A stretch of 64,000 nt of DNA from a virus (lineage: Duplodnaviria > Caudoviricetes). The stretch lies in IMG/VR virus record IMGVR_UViG_3300029305_000181, positions 3,097-67,096 of that record; one strand, 5' to 3'. This document shows, one piece after another, positions 61,161 to 64,000 of the stretch. How positions within the stretch are numbered: position 1 is the stretch's first letter; the number at the start of each line of letters is the position of its first letter. A program made the position numbers and the translations under genes. The notes beneath the pieces are model-generated. The model saw only the letters and a list, made by a program, of their open reading frames with translations. It did no database searches and had not been told where the DNA came from.

Positions 61161-62303
61161 ATGCTGCTTACATATCAAAAGAAATTGAATGGGAGAAGTA
61201 TCGGCGTGGTGTTCGGTTCTTTCGCGCCTTTACATCAGGGTCATCTCGATTTGATAATGAGAGCAAAAAAGGAAAACGACGGTGGTTGTATTGTAATCGT
61301 GTGCGGTTATGACGGGGATAAAGGAGAGCCTCTAATGCCTCATAGTAAACGTTATCGATACGTACGTGAATTCTTTGCAGATGATGAACTCGTGGCAGTA
61401 TACGCGATAAACGATACCGAAAGTAGTCGGGCTCAGTATCCTGACGGCTGGGTTAGCTGGATGGAAGAGTTCGAAGATATTTGGAAAAAAGCGGTTATTC
61501 CAAGAGGACGATGCTATGACGAGGTATACTACCCCGAACGAGTCTGGTATGTTGGTGATGAAAACTACTACAATGACCTCATTAATATGTGGAACGAAAA
61601 AGCAGTTCTCGTCGATCGAGTAGCAGACAATCCTATCTCCGCTACAATGATTCGTCAGAACCCTATCAAACATTGGGATAAGATCGCTACTCCTTTCCGA
61701 AGAATTTTCAGTCATAACATCCTCGTCACTGGCACTGCTTCCGAAGGTAAGTCTATTCTTGTGAATGATCTCGGAAAGTATTTCAATGCCCCTCATAGTT
61801 GGGAGTGGCCTCGAGATTATATGGAAGAAAGCGGTGTTAGTGACTGGGAACTCGACGGGGCAGACTTTATCGCGTTTCTTGAAGGTCAGTATAACCTCAA
61901 TAAAAAGCTTATCAATTCTCCTGCAAATCATGGTGTGTTCTTCGCCGACAGTGATTCCATGACGACACGTATGTACGCCGAAATGTACGCTAAGGATGAT
62001 AAATTCACTATGACTATGGAAGAATTCGATAAGGTTGCTGTCGTTGCAGACGAACTTACCAGAAAGTCTCGATGGGATAAAATTTTTCTCGTAGCTCCTC
62101 ATGGCATATTCGTGGATGATCATTCTCGCTATATGGGACATGCTGATTTGAAGGAGCGAAAGGAGCTCTTTGATATTCTTTGCGAAGACATTAAGCGAAC
62201 GGGTAATTGGGATAAGGTTACTATTCTTTGTGGCAATTATTATGAAAACTTTATGGTCATTGTTAATTATGTAAAGGAGATTATGAATAATGGACGCAAT
62301 TAA
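61161..62303 (+). CDS. nadR: NadR-type NMN adenylyltransferase / nicotinamide riboside kinase (no HTH domain)
   Basis: FGSFAPLHQGH (HxGH), ISATMIR, P-loop GTASEGKS, FADSD. Confidence 0.88.
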   Translation: MLLTYQKKLNGRSIGVVFGSFAPLHQGHLDLIMRAKKENDGGCIVIVCGYDGDKGEPLMPHSKRYRYVREFFADDELVAVYAINDTESSRAQYPDGWVSWMEEFEDIWKKAVIPRGRCYDEVYYPERVWYVGDENYYNDLINMWNEKAVLVDRVADNPISATMIRQNPIKHWDKIATPFRRIFSHNILVTGTASEGKSILVNDLGKYFNAPHSWEWPRDYMEESGVSDWELDGADFIAFLEGQYNLNKKLINSPANHGVFFADSDSMTTRMYAEMYAKDDKFTMTMEEFDKVAVVADELTRKSRWDKIFLVAPHGIFVDDHSRYMGHADLKERKELFDILCEDIKRTGNWDKVTILCGNYYENFMVIVNYVKEIMNNGRN

Positions 62304-62985
62304 GAATTGGACTCTGAAGCATTTCTGGACCGGCTATAACACTTTCGAAAAACTGTTCCTGTTGTTCGGCGTACTTTTGCAAATTGTTGTGTTCATGATT
62401 ATTCCCGACACGCCTCTGAATATTATTGCCGGTTTGGCCGGAGTGGTATCGGTGGTTATGTGCGCTAAAGGACGTACGATGTTTTACTTTGTAGGCTTTA
62501 TTCAGACGTGCACATATTTGGTCCTAGCTTGGCAGAATAATTTCTATGGCGAAGTTCTTGAGAATCTCTTTTACTTTGTAACTATGATTTGGGGAATCTT
62601 CGTTTGGAAGAAAAATGAGGTTAAGAACGAAGACGGCACAGAAGATGTTTTGGCTAAGGTGTTTACCCCTTCTCAGTGGTTTTGGTCTATTTTCTGTACA
62701 ATTGTCGCTACTATTGTTATGGGATATTGGCTGAATAGTATCGGTAGTGCTCAGGCGTATACGGACGCTGCTACGAATGTTATGGCTATTTTTGCTCAGC
62801 TTCTTATGGTACGTCGTTATCGTGAGCAGTGGGTTTGGTGGCTGGTTATTGACGTGTTCTGCATTAAGCTGTGGTTTGTTGCTGGTAACTGGTCTATGGT
62901 CGCTATGTATATTTTCTGGACTGCTAATACTATTTACGGGTTTATTAACTGGAGTAAGCTTAATAAGATTCAGAATGATATTTAA
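62290..62985 (+). CDS. pnuC: PnuC nicotinamide riboside transporter
   Basis: Multi-TM; DAATNVMAIFAQLLMVRRYREQWVWWLVID; coupled to nadR. Confidence 0.88.
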   Translation: MDAIKNWTLKHFWTGYNTFEKLFLLFGVLLQIVVFMIIPDTPLNIIAGLAGVVSVVMCAKGRTMFYFVGFIQTCTYLVLAWQNNFYGEVLENLFYFVTMIWGIFVWKKNEVKNEDGTEDVLAKVFTPSQWFWSIFCTIVATIVMGYWLNSIGSAQAYTDAATNVMAIFAQLLMVRRYREQWVWWLVIDVFCIKLWFVAGNWSMVAMYIFWTANTIYGFINWSKLNKIQNDI

Positions 62986-63121
62986 TTGAAAGAAATCGTA
63001 TGATGTGTATCAAATTTATGTTGGCGGTTCTTATAAGCCTTGTGACCGATAGTATACATGTAGGACTAATTGCTTTGTTGATTGGCGAACTACTTTTTGA
63101 TTAATTAAAGGAGATAGAATT

Positions 63122-63649
63122 ATGCATATTTTTAGCAAGGAAAATCAGAGAAACATTCTGGTGTGGATGCTTGGGTTTCTCGCTATGCTGGTTATTGCAA
63201 GAGTCATGTTCGAAGAGCCTCGTGTCGAGTATGTGGAGGTTGAAGTGCCGGTCGTAAAGTATGTCGAGACTGCGGATCTCGTGCAGGTTAGTAAGACTAT
63301 TAATAATGATGCTGCGGACGTGGCTCGAGTACTTTACGGTCTTGCGGATTACAATCTCCCCAACTCTGCTAAGCGTGCCGTGATTGAAGTTATCCTGAAC
63401 CGCGTGGCGTGTACGTACGGAGAGTTCGGCGATACCATTCACGACGTTTGCAGTAAGCCTAATCAGTGGCAGGGGTACGTTGATGGTGGTCCTTATCTTG
63501 AGACCGACTACCAGCTTGCTGAGTCTGTACTGAGCGACACTTCCGGTGCTCGGGTAACTCCTGGCATGTGTCTGTTCCTCGTATGTAACTACGGCTCAGT
63601 TACTGTCCGTCCTCAGTGGGATGGCGGTAATGAGTGGACGATTGAGTGA
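63122..63649 (+). CDS. Membrane-anchored SleB/Hydrolase_2-like cell-wall hydrolase, catalytic Glu apparently absent
   Basis: VARVLYGLA...AVIEVILNRV...TIHDVCSKPNQW. Confidence 0.65.
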   Translation: MHIFSKENQRNILVWMLGFLAMLVIARVMFEEPRVEYVEVEVPVVKYVETADLVQVSKTINNDAADVARVLYGLADYNLPNSAKRAVIEVILNRVACTYGEFGDTIHDVCSKPNQWQGYVDGGPYLETDYQLAESVLSDTSGARVTPGMCLFLVCNYGSVTVRPQWDGGNEWTIE

Positions 63650-63668
63650 AGGATTGTGGCGGGCTTAG

Positions 63669-63980
63669 CTAAGGCTGGCTACGGACGAAAAAATAGGGGC
63701 GCTGGGATAACTGGCGCTCTTATTTTTAGCTTTTTGGGAGGATGTTGGAGGCTTGACTGAAGGGTTTCTAAGGCTGGCTACGGACGAAATTTGTGGTCAT
63801 TTTTGGCCACTTTTTGGTCAGAAAATTTGGCCAGTGGCCACTTTTATTTGGCCATTTGAGATTTTTGGCGATGAAAAAACGGGTTTGTGGCCACTTTTTT
63901 TGGCCAATTGGCCACTTTTGAAAATGAAAATGGCCAGTAAAAAACCTAGTGTTTTCAATGGTTTGCGGGCTTTCTGGCCA
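63669..63980. repeat. 22-bp direct repeats plus clustered TGGCCA palindromes; origin-like region
   Basis: CTAAGGCTGGCTACGGACGAAA at 63669 and 63768; TGGCCA at 63804, 63828, 63835, 63849, 63888, 63901, 63909, 63931, 63975. Confidence 0.8.
63695..63727 (+). terminator. Intrinsic terminator after the last gene
   Basis: AGGGGCGC...GCGCTCT-TATTTTT. Confidence 0.6.
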
Positions 63981-64000
63981 CTTTCCCACTTTTTTTTCAT

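Noticed and set aside
4750-62141. Other long minus-strand ORFs (e.g. 4750-5625, 18931-19932, 21262-22203, 40874-41785, 45329-46249, 61332-62141)
   Set aside because: All lie wholly opposite well-supported + strand genes and lack motifs; they are shadow ORFs.
61161-62985. nadR-pnuC as host chromosome flanking a prophage
   Set aside because: The genes are co-oriented and tightly coupled with phage genes, use the same SD style, and are followed by further phage-type sequence. No att boundary is evident.
1-64000. Stop-codon reassignment (alternative genetic code)
   Set aside because: Core genes (terL, TMP, polymerase, nrdJ) are full length under code 11, and no suppressor tRNA was found.

Overview
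The window is 64 kb of one tailed dsDNA bacteriophage with siphovirus-type head and tail genes. It is probably temperate (large serine recombinase) and probably infects an anaerobic Gram-positive host of the Bacillota type (CHAP/PG-binding endolysin, no spanins seen, B12-dependent class II RNR, strong SD sites); host and lifestyle are inferences. All credible genes are on the + strand except the recombinase. Layout: a 5'-truncated double-psi-barrel RNA polymerase-like gene with an ADFDGD motif and C-terminal HTH (<3-2288); a packaging/head module with interspersed accessory genes (2.3-13.4 kb); a tail module with an embedded lysis cassette (13.4-30.9 kb); the recombinase (31.2-32.9 kb); an array of terminator-promoter-small ORF cassettes (33.6-38.4 kb); replication genes including a 1293-aa helicase-primase-PolB fusion and an SSB (42-46.7 kb); a tRNA/ncRNA cluster (46.7-47.6 kb); an SF2 helicase, NrdJ, ThyX-like, RNA-ligase-like, MazG-like, NadR and PnuC genes (50-63 kb); and an origin-like TGGCCA repeat region at the right edge. 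The strongest candidate for an undescribed system is a private transcription system: the phage RNAP plus 12 copies of a fixed-spacing motif TTCGCG-N6-ACAA-N6-TWATG, most placed between a terminator or gene end and a small ORF or RNA. A second motif, TCAAAATGG, occurs at least 15 times in the virion-gene half. Two tRNA mimics have aberrant anticodon arms. Family and DUF names are recalled from motif knowledge and were not confirmed by searches. Some starts were moved from the ORF track to the codon best supported by an SD sequence.
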